Below, in pieces: positions 22,738-33,531 of a DNA stretch of 64,000 bases. The DNA lies in IMG/VR virus record IMGVR_UViG_3300023174_000045, positions 161,081 to 225,080 of that record. One strand, written 5' to 3'. Numbering within the stretch: position 1 is the stretch's first letter; each line of letters starts with the position of its first letter. The translations under genes and the position numbers were made by a program. Below the pieces are notes generated by a model. It saw only the letters and a program-made list of their open reading frames with translations, did not search any database and was not told where the DNA came from.

Positions 22738-24676
22738 ATGAACGAACGAATTCAAGAACTTGCCCAACAATCACAACTTGCAGAGTTGTATGACCGCTAT
22801 GTTGAACAATGTATGAAAAATGCCGACGACGATATTCTTGATTACGATGTGATTGTTAAAGAGTTTGCCGAGTTGTTTGTGCAGGAATGTGCCCAAGTTT
22901 GTGAGCCGACACTGGATGAACCTTACGAGGATATGACTGAATTTGGCAAAGGGTTAGTTGAAGGGCAAGATATTGCCATTGAACGAATCAAAAAACATTT
23001 CGGAGTCGAAGAATGAAAACCGTGTTTGCTATTGTAGGTGCGTTCACTGTGGCTCTAGGCATCCTTGGAGCATTTGGTGTTGGCCACTTTGTTATGATCT
23101 ACAGTCCAGATAAAATTTCCTGCGTCAAAGGAGTTGAAGCGTGAGCAACCTTTGGTTTAACATTAGATTTGGTACTAGGCATTTTCAGTTCTCACGTGAC
23201 TGGGAGATTTCGTTCAGGGTCAACTCCTACTGGATTGAGAATCCGCCTGCCAAGTGGTTTGAAGTATACTGCCTGTTTGGGCATCATTTCGGAGTTGAAG
23301 AATGAACACAGCAGTATTTTCAGCCGCAGTTTGGGTATTGGTTACATCATTTGTTGATTCACACGGTGGTGGTAGCGTAACTTATAGTCCACCTTTGAAA
23401 GACCTACCGTCGTGTGAATACTTACAAAAGAGTTTGCCTGATTCAGTATCATACCGTACTCGGTGTGTTCAAATTAACATGGCGGTGACAAAATGAACGA
23501 ACGAATCCGAGAACTTGCTGAACAGGCTGGGATATTAAAAGAGCAATCTGTACAAGCAAAGATAGTAAAGAATGAAGATGGAACATGGACTTCAATTTTA
23601 GAATATCCTGATTTAGAAAAGTTCGCCGAGTTATTGATCCGGCAATGTATCCAGGCCGTAAAAAATGTCGGTGGCTACAACGAAGACTATCATATGAATG
23701 CTATCAAAAAATATTTCGGAGTTGAAGAATGAACGAACGAATTCGACAACTTGCTGAACAGGCTAAAATAGATTATGAATTGCTGCCTGAGATTGCACGG
23801 GAACCTGTGTGGATCGCTCTTGATGACGAACTTGAAAAGTTCGCCGAATTATTGATCCGGCAATGCATGCGTATGTGCGATTGTGCAGATGTATCATTGC
23901 TAGAACATAATCGTCCTCAAGAAGCCAGTGGTGCAGCCGGCGCTAAACAATTTATCAAAGAATGGTTTGAGGTCGAAGAATGAACGATTGGATTCAAGAA
24001 CTTGAAGCTACACTCATGGATCTATACCAGGGTCGACGGGTGGTTGTGCCACATGATATCGACCATGCTCATAACATGCTGATGGTGGCGGGTGCCTATA
24101 TTCAACATGACAAACAGCGCATGTGGAGCACACTAACGGAGATGAAAAGTGAACGAACGAATTAAGGAACTTGCTGAACAGGCTACATCAATTGTAGAAA
24201 TGGTAGGGCCCGAAGGTTATACCAGCAGTTATGCCAAATTTGATAGGGAAAAGTTCGCCGAGTTATTGATTCAGCAATGTATCAACGTTTGTGAGCCAGT
24301 TTTAGACGAACCGTATGAGGATATGAGTGAGTTTGACAAAGGGTTAGTCGAAGGACAGGATGTTGCAGTAGAAAAGATCAAACAACATTTCGGAGTTGAA
24401 GAATGAAGCCAAACACACAGGCGTGGCGAGCATGGATGTTGGAGATCTACTATGAATGAACGAATTAAAGAACTTGCTCAACAGGCTGAAATCTATGCTG
24501 GCGATCTGATAGATCAGGGTGCTGATTACGATCAGTATCCACGCTATTACACAGAAAAGTTAACCGAGTTAATGGTCCGGGAATGTTATGTGGCATTGTT
24601 TCCTGCCCTGCGTGACATGATCAGCCGTGGACAAGCATACGACATGATTCGACAACACTTTGGAGTTGAAGAATGA
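22738..24676 (+). repeat. Array of small translationally coupled genes sharing a junction repeat; MNERI..ELA paralogues at 22738, 23493, 23729, 24149, 24452
   Basis: Recurrent (CA)TTTCGGAGTTGAAGAATGA encoding FGVEE*, RBS and the next ATG; other cassettes at 23013-23144, 23141-23305, 23302-23496, 23980-24165, 24403-24459. Confidence 0.85.
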
Positions 24677-25047
24677 CCGACGAAATCACTTTGGAGATGC
24701 TGGACCGCAAGACGGCATGGTGCGAGCAAAACGCATTTTGGGGGCAAGATTCGGCCATACAGCGTATGCAAGATTTTTACTTTGAAAAGACTCGAACCAG
24801 TGTGAACGAAGCCTGGCCTGAAAGTTTTACCCTGGACGATCTTGCCAAAGTATTGAATGTGGAACGTGTGAGTTATAGAGTCTATTACAGCCGGGATAAT
24901 CTTACATTGAGACTGTTTGTGTTCCGTGCCCACTGCACCAAGTACGAAGAGCGCGAGATGTTGGCGTTGGGATTTGTACATGCCAAAGACGGCGATACAG
25001 ACAACATCCCTGACCAACCAGTAGAAGAAGTTAAAGGAGAAGAATAA
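24673..25047 (+). CDS. Hypothetical protein
   Basis: Starts in the junction repeat. Confidence 0.7.
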   Translation: MTDEITLEMLDRKTAWCEQNAFWGQDSAIQRMQDFYFEKTRTSVNEAWPESFTLDDLAKVLNVERVSYRVYYSRDNLTLRLFVFRAHCTKYEEREMLALGFVHAKDGDTDNIPDQPVEEVKGEE

Positions 25048-25343
25048 TGGGCAGTATCGTTGCAATGGTGGTTATTTTGTTGATTGAATTTGGAACCAAG
25101 GTGTAACCATGTGGGCATTGATTATTGCATTTGTAGTTGACATTGCGCCACCTGAATCCAAATACATTCAGTTGGCCGAAACAAAAACATATCAAGAGTG
25201 CCGAGACCTGTCTAAGATATTGAAAGCTCATGGACTCACTGATGGTGTATTTTTATTCTGCGTGGAGCGACAATGATATTTGCATTGGGCATGATAGCAG
25301 GTATTGTGTTGGGCGTAATAATTTACTTTTTGATTAGTCGCTG

Positions 25344-25589
25344 ATGGGCAATCAAACTGAATACTTTGAACGTATTGCATACCAGCCTGAATATCACATA
25401 GGCGACAGGGTGTTTGGTCATTATCGCGGTATTCCCTTTGCAGGCTCTGTGGGCAATGACACACTAATCAATCCTGTGCAAGGTCCCAGGATCAGCATAC
25501 ACTTGGATTTGCCTATACGCTTGGAAGGTGTTGTAAAGAATGTTATAATTGTTCAGCACAAAGATGTTCGACGCATGAAGGAGTTTTAA
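25344..25589 (+). CDS. Hypothetical protein
   Basis: IGDRVFG...IPF.GSVGND. Confidence 0.7.
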   Translation: MGNQTEYFERIAYQPEYHIGDRVFGHYRGIPFAGSVGNDTLINPVQGPRISIHLDLPIRLEGVVKNVIIVQHKDVRRMKEF

Positions 25590-25817
25590 ATGGTGTATAA
25601 AAGTGTTTACACAGAAGTTGAAGTAGAGGTTGATCTCGAAGAGTTTGACACAGATGATTTGCTGGAAGAATTAGACTCACGAGGTGCATTGCCCCCAGAA
25701 GGCAATGTCAATGCCAAAGAACTGGTAGAGCAGATTTACTACCTACGCAGGCAAGGACAAGCATACGACCACTTGATGGATTCGTTGATGTATGCTGTGC
25801 TGGGACGCATAGCGTGA
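25590..25817 (+). CDS. Hypothetical acidic protein
   Basis: AAGGAG RBS; EVDLEEFDTDDLLEEL. Confidence 0.75.
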   Translation: MVYKSVYTEVEVEVDLEEFDTDDLLEELDSRGALPPEGNVNAKELVEQIYYLRRQGQAYDHLMDSLMYAVLGRIA

Positions 25818-25937
25818 TACAATTTGAATGGTTTGTGTATGGATTGATGGCAGGCTTGGTGGCTCCTTATGTGTGGCCGTTGATCAGCCGGTGCATTGAA
25901 GAAGCACACATAGCACGTAGAGACTGGCGCAAAGACC

Positions 25938-26144
25938 GTGAACACCATTGATCAAATCATAAACAGGATCAAACGCCTGGAACAGTTTGTGGTAAAAGTG
26001 CATGTTCCTGAAGATTTTGCGTTTCGAGGGGCAGTGCCGTTTGACATGGAAATTGTGGGGTCAACTGCCATGGTCACTGTATGGGCCGTGAGCGAAGCAG
26101 AAGCGCAAAGACGAGCCGAAGAATACTTCCAAAATAATCCATAA
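25938..26144 (+). CDS. Hypothetical protein
   Basis: GTG-start ORF in gene-dense run. Confidence 0.6.
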   Translation: MNTIDQIINRIKRLEQFVVKVHVPEDFAFRGAVPFDMEIVGSTAMVTVWAVSEAEAQRRAEEYFQNNP

Positions 26145-26181
26145 AAATTTACCCCCTGGTGGTTTGGTATTAAATATTTGC

Positions 26182-26391
26182 ATGGAAAATATTCAACTTA
26201 CCCTGGCTGATCTCGCATCACTCAAAAATTTAATCGAAGCTGCCACTGAACGTGGCGCTTACAAGGCTGCTGAATTGAGCGTTGTAGGTGGCATCTATGA
26301 CAAGCTCACTGCTTTCTTGGTTGCATCACAAGCACAATTAGCACAACAAGCTGAAGCACAACAACCAGCTGAACCCACACAAGGAGCATGA
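26182..26391 (+). CDS. Small conserved phage protein
   Basis: LTLADL..L..LIEAA..RGAYKAAEL..VG..YDKL; TAAATA upstream. Confidence 0.75.
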   Translation: MENIQLTLADLASLKNLIEAATERGAYKAAELSVVGGIYDKLTAFLVASQAQLAQQAEAQQPAEPTQGA

Positions 26392-27122
26392 CAATGTTGA
26401 AACACATAGGACGACACGGTGACCGCAAGGTTGCAATCATATTTAGAGAACTACCTGGCGAGGACCACATGTGCCTGGTGATTTATCCTGAGACATTGCC
26501 AACACATATTCATAACACCATTATGGGTATTTTGGAAAGTGCTCCTGGACAAGCCGCACCCAATTTGGCCGATGTGTTGCACCGCAACCTGTTGCCCGAT
26601 GGCAGAGTTATTTTACAGGCCTTGCACAATGAAGGCATGTTGAAGAAAATTCAAACCAACCAAGTCATTATCACTCCCACAGCACAAAGCAACGTCAAAC
26701 TGGACGAACTCAATCGCATTGTAAAAGAAATGGAATCAGGCGCCGATGCTCTTAAACGCATGCAGGAACTGGATGCCAATGCTGGTTTTGTGGACCCTGC
26801 TGTAAAACGCAAGGCTGAGAAGGCATTCAAAGCAGGCAAACTTGCTGAAGCCGAAGCCATGGTCACACCATTGGTTGCGCCTGCCTCGGGTGCGTTAGAT
26901 GATCAGTCACTGGCAGCCAACATGCTGGCACAGGCCAAGAAAATGGAAGCAGACGCCAAGGGCTTGGTTGCCGAAGCTGCCAGAATGAAAAAGGAAGCAC
27001 AAAAAATGTTTCCTGCTGTGAACATGAAGGCTGTTAAAACTACACCTGTGGCTGTTGCCGTTGAACCCGCTGCGACCAAAACTCGCGGTCGCAAGAAGGC
27101 AGCGGCTGATGCAGTTCAGTGA
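26388..27122 (+). CDS. Hypothetical protein with C-terminal coiled coil
   Basis: AAGGAG RBS, 244 aa. Confidence 0.8.
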   Translation: MTMLKHIGRHGDRKVAIIFRELPGEDHMCLVIYPETLPTHIHNTIMGILESAPGQAAPNLADVLHRNLLPDGRVILQALHNEGMLKKIQTNQVIITPTAQSNVKLDELNRIVKEMESGADALKRMQELDANAGFVDPAVKRKAEKAFKAGKLAEAEAMVTPLVAPASGALDDQSLAANMLAQAKKMEADAKGLVAEAARMKKEAQKMFPAVNMKAVKTTPVAVAVEPAATKTRGRKKAAADAVQ

Positions 27123-27411
27123 TGAGTTCCTGGAACGGTGGGAACACATCATTGACGACGTTGACATCACTGATGTACCACTGGAATGTATCAAAAAAGT
27201 TGTGATCAAGTTACAAGGCAAGCGGCAACGCACCATCAACTTGAGCATGCTACGACGTCAAGGTCTTGACTTCAACGAAATTGAAACTGTGATGACAAGA
27301 ACTTTGACCGAACTGGGAGATGCAGTGCGTGACGTTGATTTTATTCTTGATGTTGGTGCCATTGCTACCATTGTACAACCCGAAACCGACAAACTACTAA
27401 AAGATCTATGA
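27109..27411 (+). CDS. Hypothetical protein
   Basis: MQFSDEFLERW... Confidence 0.7.
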   Translation: MQFSDEFLERWEHIIDDVDITDVPLECIKKVVIKLQGKRQRTINLSMLRRQGLDFNEIETVMTRTLTELGDAVRDVDFILDVGAIATIVQPETDKLLKDL

Positions 27412-28088
27412 ATGTTCGCTTACTCAGCTACAGTCAACCTACCCAGGAATTTGCAACTCAAGGCATTACAGATGCACAAGAACTCATTGCGTACTGCGCC
27501 CGTGTCAGCAATCCCTCCAACCAATTCAACACAGACACTAGTGAAAAACTCATTCGGTACCTGGTCCGACACCAGCACTGGAGTCCCCTTGAAATGGTTT
27601 CAGCTTGCATGGAAATTACGACAACAAGAGATATTGCGCGACAAATCCTCAGACACAGAAGTTTCAGCTTCCAAGAGTTTTCCCAACGCTATGCTGACCC
27701 AACAAAGGATCTTGAATTCGTACTACGCGAAGCCCGACTGCAAGACACAAAAAATAGACAGAACAGTATAGAGGTTGTACAGGACACACCTGAGGCACGT
27801 AACCTGGCCATGGGTTGGGAACGTGCGCAGACCAGGGTTAAACTTGCGGCCATTGAAGCATACAACTGGGCCATCGACAATGGTATCGCCAAGGAACAGG
27901 CCCGTGCTGTGTTACCCGAAGGCATGATCAGCAGTCGCTTGTACATGAATGGTACCTTGAGGTCATGGATTCACTTTATTGAATTGCGTTCAGGCCATGG
28001 CACACAGAAAGAACATCAGGAAGTGGCCCGAGCCTGTGCAGAAGCCATTGCCGCAATTTTCCCAATGGCATCGACATTAGCAGAGTAA
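27408..28088 (+). CDS. thyX: Flavin-dependent thymidylate synthase
   Basis: HWSPLE, RHRSFSFQEFSQRY, KEQARAVLP, TQKEH. Confidence 0.96.
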   Translation: MNVRLLSYSQPTQEFATQGITDAQELIAYCARVSNPSNQFNTDTSEKLIRYLVRHQHWSPLEMVSACMEITTTRDIARQILRHRSFSFQEFSQRYADPTKDLEFVLREARLQDTKNRQNSIEVVQDTPEARNLAMGWERAQTRVKLAAIEAYNWAIDNGIAKEQARAVLPEGMISSRLYMNGTLRSWIHFIELRSGHGTQKEHQEVARACAEAIAAIFPMASTLAE

Positions 28089-28104
28089 TCTGCTACAATG
28101 TTGC

Positions 28105-28428
28105 ATGTCAACAACACGCGACCAATACCCTGAATACAAGCAATACCAAGCCCCAGAATACAAAATTGTCGACAACAATGTTGTACGGTTTTCTGATATC
28201 TGTGTACATGAGTTCACCATGGGCGATGTAGAAGATCCAGACTTGTATGCGGCACAACCGCTTTGGGAATGGCAAGAAAGCGAAGCAGGCAAGTTTGTGA
28301 TGGAGCATGCCGTGGAATCACCGTATTGGATTCGCCAAGTAGACCACAGTAGTTATGGTCATCAATATCGAATCATAGCCCGACTCAGCGAGCCCAATCA
28401 AACATTTTTCAAGTTGAAGTTCAAATGA
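28105..28428 (+). CDS. Hypothetical protein
   Basis: GDVEDPDLYAAQPLWEW; promoter TCGACA-17-TACAAT, leaderless. Confidence 0.75.
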   Translation: MSTTRDQYPEYKQYQAPEYKIVDNNVVRFSDICVHEFTMGDVEDPDLYAAQPLWEWQESEAGKFVMEHAVESPYWIRQVDHSSYGHQYRIIARLSEPNQTFFKLKFK

Positions 28429-28952
28429 ATTGCTATAAAAAATTACCTTGTGACAACTACAACAAAATCAATCAAGAAATACTCAAATACGTGCAGTTGG
28501 TTCTTGATGTTGACAATGCCACTGTATTCTGGAATCCTGTTCCTGTGGTAGACTTTGTCAGGGCCACACCATTGTTGCAAACCTGGCTTCGAGAACAAAA
28601 ACTACAGATCAAATCATTGGCAGTGACCATTGGAATCAATCAAAATTGTTGTGGGCCACATCTAGATACTCCTCCTGCAAGATTCAAACTCAGTTGGCCA
28701 ATACAGAACTGTGCTACCACATTCAACAGATTTTTTCAAACAAAAAATTCCAATGGCCAAACACATGTAAATCATTTGGGTGGCACAAGTTACTTGAACT
28801 CAAATGAGTTGACAGAAATTGATCGAATGAGAGTGGATTCACCTGCGCTGATTGATGCACAACAACCGCATGATGTGTGGTTTGAGACTGATTCGAAGTT
28901 TCCAAGACTGGGCTTGCAATGCCATTTAATGAAAGAACCTGAATATCTATGA
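28425..28952 (+). CDS. Cupin / 2OG-Fe(II) oxygenase-like protein
   Basis: PHLD, LSWPIQNC, PALID...PHDV, RLGLQ. Confidence 0.55.
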   Translation: MNCYKKLPCDNYNKINQEILKYVQLVLDVDNATVFWNPVPVVDFVRATPLLQTWLREQKLQIKSLAVTIGINQNCCGPHLDTPPARFKLSWPIQNCATTFNRFFQTKNSNGQTHVNHLGGTSYLNSNELTEIDRMRVDSPALIDAQQPHDVWFETDSKFPRLGLQCHLMKEPEYL

Positions 28953-29923
28953 CATTTTTAGTAACCGGCGGCCTAGGCCTTATTGGGCACAACGTAGTAC
29001 AACGTCTGCAAGCACGTGATGAGAAAGTGGTTATATTAGATACAAAAACCACGTATCACGATTTCATTCCTCAAGACGAACTTGACTATTTGATGACGGA
29101 ACGACAGAAAAAAATTGCTCCAGACACCAAGATTGAGTGCTTTGATATTTCAAACTTTTGGACCTGTGACTTGGCTGTGCTTAATCATAAGCCAAAAGTA
29201 ATCATTCACTGTGCCAGCTATCCCCGGCAAAAAGCCGTGAACCATAAGCCAACTGAGGCTGCCGATGTCATGATCAAAGGCCTGGTCAACATGCTTGAGA
29301 GTGCCAAAAAGCACGGCATTGAAAGATTTGTGTACATCAGTAGCAGCATGGTGTACGGAGACTTTGAAGATGATGTACTGGAAGATGACCCATGCCATCC
29401 CAAAGGACAGTATGGAATATTGAAATTATGTGGAGAAGAACTTGTAAAAGATTATGCTCGTCGTTGTGGCTTTGAGTATGTTATCATTCGTCCCAGTGCT
29501 GTTTATGGGCCACTTGACGTGGCGGATCGAGTGATCGCAAAATTCATGCTCACAGCAATGCGCAGCGGAGTGCTCCGAGTTAATGGAGCAAACGAAACCT
29601 TGGACTTTACCTACGTGGATGATGCCGCAGATGGCATTGTTGCTGCCGCAACACGTATCATGTGCCGCAACATGACATTCAACATCACCAAGTCGCACAG
29701 TGTGAGTCTACTGGAGGCCGCAGAAATGATTGTGAAAATTGTGGGCCGAGGCAGCATTGAGGTGCAGGACCGAGATGAGGACTTTCCCAGTCGCGGTGCA
29801 TTGAATATCGACCGTGCCCGAACTATCTTGAGTTTTGACCCCAAGGTAGATGTTGAACAAGGATTCCAAAAGTATTATGAGTGGCTTGACAATTCCATTT
29901 ACTGGAATCCGAAAACAGTATAA
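28949..29923 (+). CDS. NAD-dependent epimerase/dehydratase (NDP-sugar)
   Basis: TGGLGLIG, SSSMVYG, YGILK, DFTYVDD. Confidence 0.93.
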   Translation: MTFLVTGGLGLIGHNVVQRLQARDEKVVILDTKTTYHDFIPQDELDYLMTERQKKIAPDTKIECFDISNFWTCDLAVLNHKPKVIIHCASYPRQKAVNHKPTEAADVMIKGLVNMLESAKKHGIERFVYISSSMVYGDFEDDVLEDDPCHPKGQYGILKLCGEELVKDYARRCGFEYVIIRPSAVYGPLDVADRVIAKFMLTAMRSGVLRVNGANETLDFTYVDDAADGIVAAATRIMCRNMTFNITKSHSVSLLEAAEMIVKIVGRGSIEVQDRDEDFPSRGALNIDRARTILSFDPKVDVEQGFQKYYEWLDNSIYWNPKTV

Positions 29924-30965
29924 CAATCTCCGCACTGAGATCTTGGATGCAACAGATACAGTGTTGCGTTCAGGAACTCTCATGAGTGGCAACTACACCT
30001 ACGAGTTTGAGGATTGGCTGGCTAGACGCAATCACCAACCCTATGCTGTGACCTGCCACTCAGGCACACAGGCCTTGGAGATCATTGCTGAATGGTATAT
30101 GTTGCAGTCAGGACGTCCTGATATTCCCACTGTAGCTGTGCCCACACTGACTTATCCTGCCACACTCAACGCATTTGTACGAGCAGGCTGGAACTTGCAC
30201 ATTGTGGACACTGACAGATATGGTGCGATGGACTTGAGCCGCCTTGAGCACAACACAGACATTCAAGCCATATGCGGAGTGGGTCTGTACGGTCAATCTG
30301 TGCAGAATATGACACAGAGTTTATGGGCATTGACTCATCCCATCATTGAAGATGGCGCACAACATTGGCTCAGTAATGACTGTCAACGTGTGGGTGACTG
30401 TGCCATCAGTTTCGATCCCACAAAAAATCTAGCCAACTATAGCAATGGTGGTGCTGTGATCACTGCCAATCGTGACCTGATGGAATTTGCTAGAAACTGG
30501 ATCAGCAATGGCAAACATACAAAACATGCTGAATCAGGCACCAACAGCAGAATGAGTGAAACGGATTGTGCGCAGATGTTGGTAAAAACTCGCTACATTG
30601 ATCAATGGCAACAACGTAGAAGTACTATTGCTCAACACTGGATGGAGATGCTAAAGCACAAGCCTTGGATCACTTGTTTAATTGACGACAGCAACTTCAA
30701 TACGCACTGTTTCCACAAGTTTGTGATACATGTGGACAATCGAGATATCTTGCAACGCAACCTTGCCTTGCGTGGTATTGAGACCAAAGTACACTACCCA
30801 ACACCCATGCACGAGTTACCAGCATACCAGCACTATCCGTGTCCAGACTTGCTCAGTGCCGGCAGCAGCCTGGCACGTAGATGTCTAAGCCTGCCTATCT
30901 ATCCTGAACTAACAGACCTGGAAGTTGAGTATGTTATTGATTCGGTGTTAGAGATCGTTTCATAA
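29877..30965 (+). CDS. DegT/DnrJ/EryC1/StrS sugar aminotransferase
   Basis: SGTQAL, IEDGAQ, SFDPTKNL, LSLPIYP. Confidence 0.92.
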   Translation: MSGLTIPFTGIRKQYNNLRTEILDATDTVLRSGTLMSGNYTYEFEDWLARRNHQPYAVTCHSGTQALEIIAEWYMLQSGRPDIPTVAVPTLTYPATLNAFVRAGWNLHIVDTDRYGAMDLSRLEHNTDIQAICGVGLYGQSVQNMTQSLWALTHPIIEDGAQHWLSNDCQRVGDCAISFDPTKNLANYSNGGAVITANRDLMEFARNWISNGKHTKHAESGTNSRMSETDCAQMLVKTRYIDQWQQRRSTIAQHWMEMLKHKPWITCLIDDSNFNTHCFHKFVIHVDNRDILQRNLALRGIETKVHYPTPMHELPAYQHYPCPDLLSAGSSLARRCLSLPIYPELTDLEVEYVIDSVLEIVS

Positions 30966-33531
30966 ACGCATAAGTGGCCAACCAGGACCACTCATAACTC
31001 TTTTGTAGTTCTTTGGGATCGCCCTCAACTGAGTCATAGTACTCCACAGCATCCTCTGCACCTTTGCGACTCCAAGCGCCATCAGTATGATCCACACCAA
31101 GCCAAGTTCTAAGTCTGTGTTCGTTTTCTACGTCTGGAGCACTGGCCTTGAGTTTGAGTACTTCACGGAATGCAGTGCGCCAACACATCCAGTCTGATTC
31201 ATGATAGTTGGCGGTGCCAGAAATAATAGGTACAACTTCATGAGGTTGATCCAGTGTAAAGTCCAGGCCCGTTCCGGTATTCTCTAACACCAGTTGTTTG
31301 TTGTAAGCAATCATGGCCTGATGCCCATACACCAATCCGTTCACAGGATTGTGTGCGTGAAATATGTAATGTTTGGCCTGTTGCATACGATCAGGTTGCC
31401 AACGCCAGTCAAACTTGAAGTCAATGGTTAACTTGGCAAACACAGCAAAGAACCAAGGTGTGGTGCTGGCTTGGGCGGCTGCGTGATATGCTGCCACACG
31501 CCCGTTAATGCCGTCTACTCTGTGCAAATGGTTTGTATGGTTTGTTCCTAAGTTGACAATTCGATTTTCCAACAGCATCCAGTTGTCTTCAGCATTTATT
31601 TCACCGTTGCTGATGAACACAATGTCCAAGGGCGGATCTTTTAGTACACGTTGTGTTTTATCTATGTACGGGTAGTCATACAACTGTGTACGAATGTAAG
31701 GCACAGCCACACGTGGCACCACAACTGTGCCAGCACCGCTACTGACAGGCACAATGGCTTTGGTTTCTTTGCGCCACAGTGGCACAGTCACAAGATTGCC
31801 AGGCACGTAATCGTGATTGGTAAATGTAGCAAGTGGCCCTGTCCATTCAGTGTTCTTTACAGCATCAACTTGACTGTCTCTGTCATGCACAATAACAGGC
31901 ATGGGTCTGCGTGGTACACTGACATCAACAAAGTTTACATCTGACCACTCCAGTAGTTCTTTCTTTTCTGCTCTCACAGCAAATGTAGGCACATGCATGT
32001 AGAAAGTGTCACCAAACTTTTGATCGTTGGATTGGAACACATGCAACATGGTGGCTTGCCACTGTTCGGGATGCCAGGAGAAGTCAAAGTTGGTATAGTC
32101 ACAAATGCTGGAGCACACCCAAACAAACTCATGTTGATTGCCTATGCTTTTGGCCAGGCGTATCAGTGTGTCTCGGTAGTTGTCAAAATAACGCACTGTG
32201 CGAATGGTGTTGGCAATTTTACCAGCTGAGCCACACAAGTGATCAATTTCAAATATCACGGCAGACTTGGCATCTGTGGTGATGCGTATTTGATCCACAA
32301 ACTTGACTTCTGTTGCCCCTGGTACTGTGTACTGCGGGCCACCAGTGCGTTGATGCTGTGTGCCAAACTGATACGTAAATGGCGGATCAGTATCGTCGGG
32401 GTGCCAGGTCCAATCAAAGGTCCCAGTGTCCACACCGTCGGGCACAGTCCATGCATCATCCTTGGATGTTTTTGTCCCACGAGGCCAAACAACATACTTG
32501 ACTTCTACCGCACCAGGCACAGTGTATCGGGCACCACCTGTGCGTTGCCATTGTGTGCCAAATTGATATTGGTAAGGAGGATCTCCAGGATCAGGACACC
32601 AACTGTGATCCACACCTTCAACGCCATCGGGCACTGACCAATTGGCCATGGTGGGTAGTAGTTGCGCTCGTGGCCAGTTCACATACTTGCGTTCTGTGGC
32701 TCCTGGCACATGGTATTCTACTGTGGGCATGACTTCTGCTGGCCACCACTGATTACCAAACACATAAATGTAAGGTGGATCGCCAGGATCGGGGCACCAA
32801 CTGCGATCAAAATCAAACGCACAGTCGGCCACTGAGTGCCAACAGTCTTGAGTCGGTAGCAGTCTTGCTCGAGGATGCGTGATATACTTGCGTTCTACAG
32901 CGCCCGGTGTATGATATTCCATGGTGGGCATGACTTCAGGATTCCACCACTGATTACCAAACACATAGATGTAGGGTGGGTCTTTGGGATGCGGCCGCCA
33001 ACTGTAGTCCCACTCACAATCTGTTTTGCTGTGCCAGTGTTTGTCACGTTTGGGCAATAATTTTGCACCGGGGCTGTTGATGTATTTGGTATCAGCGGCA
33101 CCTAGCACACGATACACGGGTCCTCCTAGTTCATGCCACTGAGTGGCAAATTGATAGATATAAGGAGGGTCAACAGGATCTGGATGCCAACTGGTATCCC
33201 AGGTATCTAGTCCTGGCGGTATGGTCCAAGACTCAGCGTCAGAGCGTCGTTGTATTGTTGGAGTGGTATGATAGTTTGTGTCTACATAGCCCTCACGCGG
33301 TACAAGATACACACCAGAATCTTTTTGCCATTGGCTGGGCCATGCATGCCGTTGATCGGCTTGCCATGGCAGCGGTTCAAAAAGCCAGTCCCATGCATCA
33401 AGGTCCGCTAAGTAGTGTATCCACCAGAAATATCTAGTGCGACTCAACTTCTGTGCATGCTCAATGCTGTCAGCCCGACGCTCATGCGCAAATTGGCCTG
33501 GCTTCTTACCTGAATAAAATACGTCAAACAT
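30934..33531 (-). CDS. Large repeat protein with C-terminal glycosyltransferase-like domain
   Basis: Five WxPxxxDPPY repeats; C-terminus resembles 51091-52017. Confidence 0.75.
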   Translation of the reverse strand: MFDVFYSGKKPGQFAHERRADSIEHAQKLSRTRYFWWIHYLADLDAWDWLFEPLPWQADQRHAWPSQWQKDSGVYLVPREGYVDTNYHTTPTIQRRSDAESWTIPPGLDTWDTSWHPDPVDPPYIYQFATQWHELGGPVYRVLGAADTKYINSPGAKLLPKRDKHWHSKTDCEWDYSWRPHPKDPPYIYVFGNQWWNPEVMPTMEYHTPGAVERKYITHPRARLLPTQDCWHSVADCAFDFDRSWCPDPGDPPYIYVFGNQWWPAEVMPTVEYHVPGATERKYVNWPRAQLLPTMANWSVPDGVEGVDHSWCPDPGDPPYQYQFGTQWQRTGGARYTVPGAVEVKYVVWPRGTKTSKDDAWTVPDGVDTGTFDWTWHPDDTDPPFTYQFGTQHQRTGGPQYTVPGATEVKFVDQIRITTDAKSAVIFEIDHLCGSAGKIANTIRTVRYFDNYRDTLIRLAKSIGNQHEFVWVCSSICDYTNFDFSWHPEQWQATMLHVFQSNDQKFGDTFYMHVPTFAVRAEKKELLEWSDVNFVDVSVPRRPMPVIVHDRDSQVDAVKNTEWTGPLATFTNHDYVPGNLVTVPLWRKETKAIVPVSSGAGTVVVPRVAVPYIRTQLYDYPYIDKTQRVLKDPPLDIVFISNGEINAEDNWMLLENRIVNLGTNHTNHLHRVDGINGRVAAYHAAAQASTTPWFFAVFAKLTIDFKFDWRWQPDRMQQAKHYIFHAHNPVNGLVYGHQAMIAYNKQLVLENTGTGLDFTLDQPHEVVPIISGTANYHESDWMCWRTAFREVLKLKASAPDVENEHRLRTWLGVDHTDGAWSRKGAEDAVEYYDSVEGDPKELQKSYEWSWLATYAFMKRSLTPNQ

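Noticed and set aside
22996-24676. CRISPR array or integron reading of the junction repeats
   Set aside because: Spacing is irregular (140-430 nt), the repeats are protein-coding and non-palindromic, and no cas or integrase gene is in the window
30934-33531. Diversity-generating retroelement reading of the repeats
   Set aside because: No reverse transcriptase and no adenine-specific template/variable repeat pair
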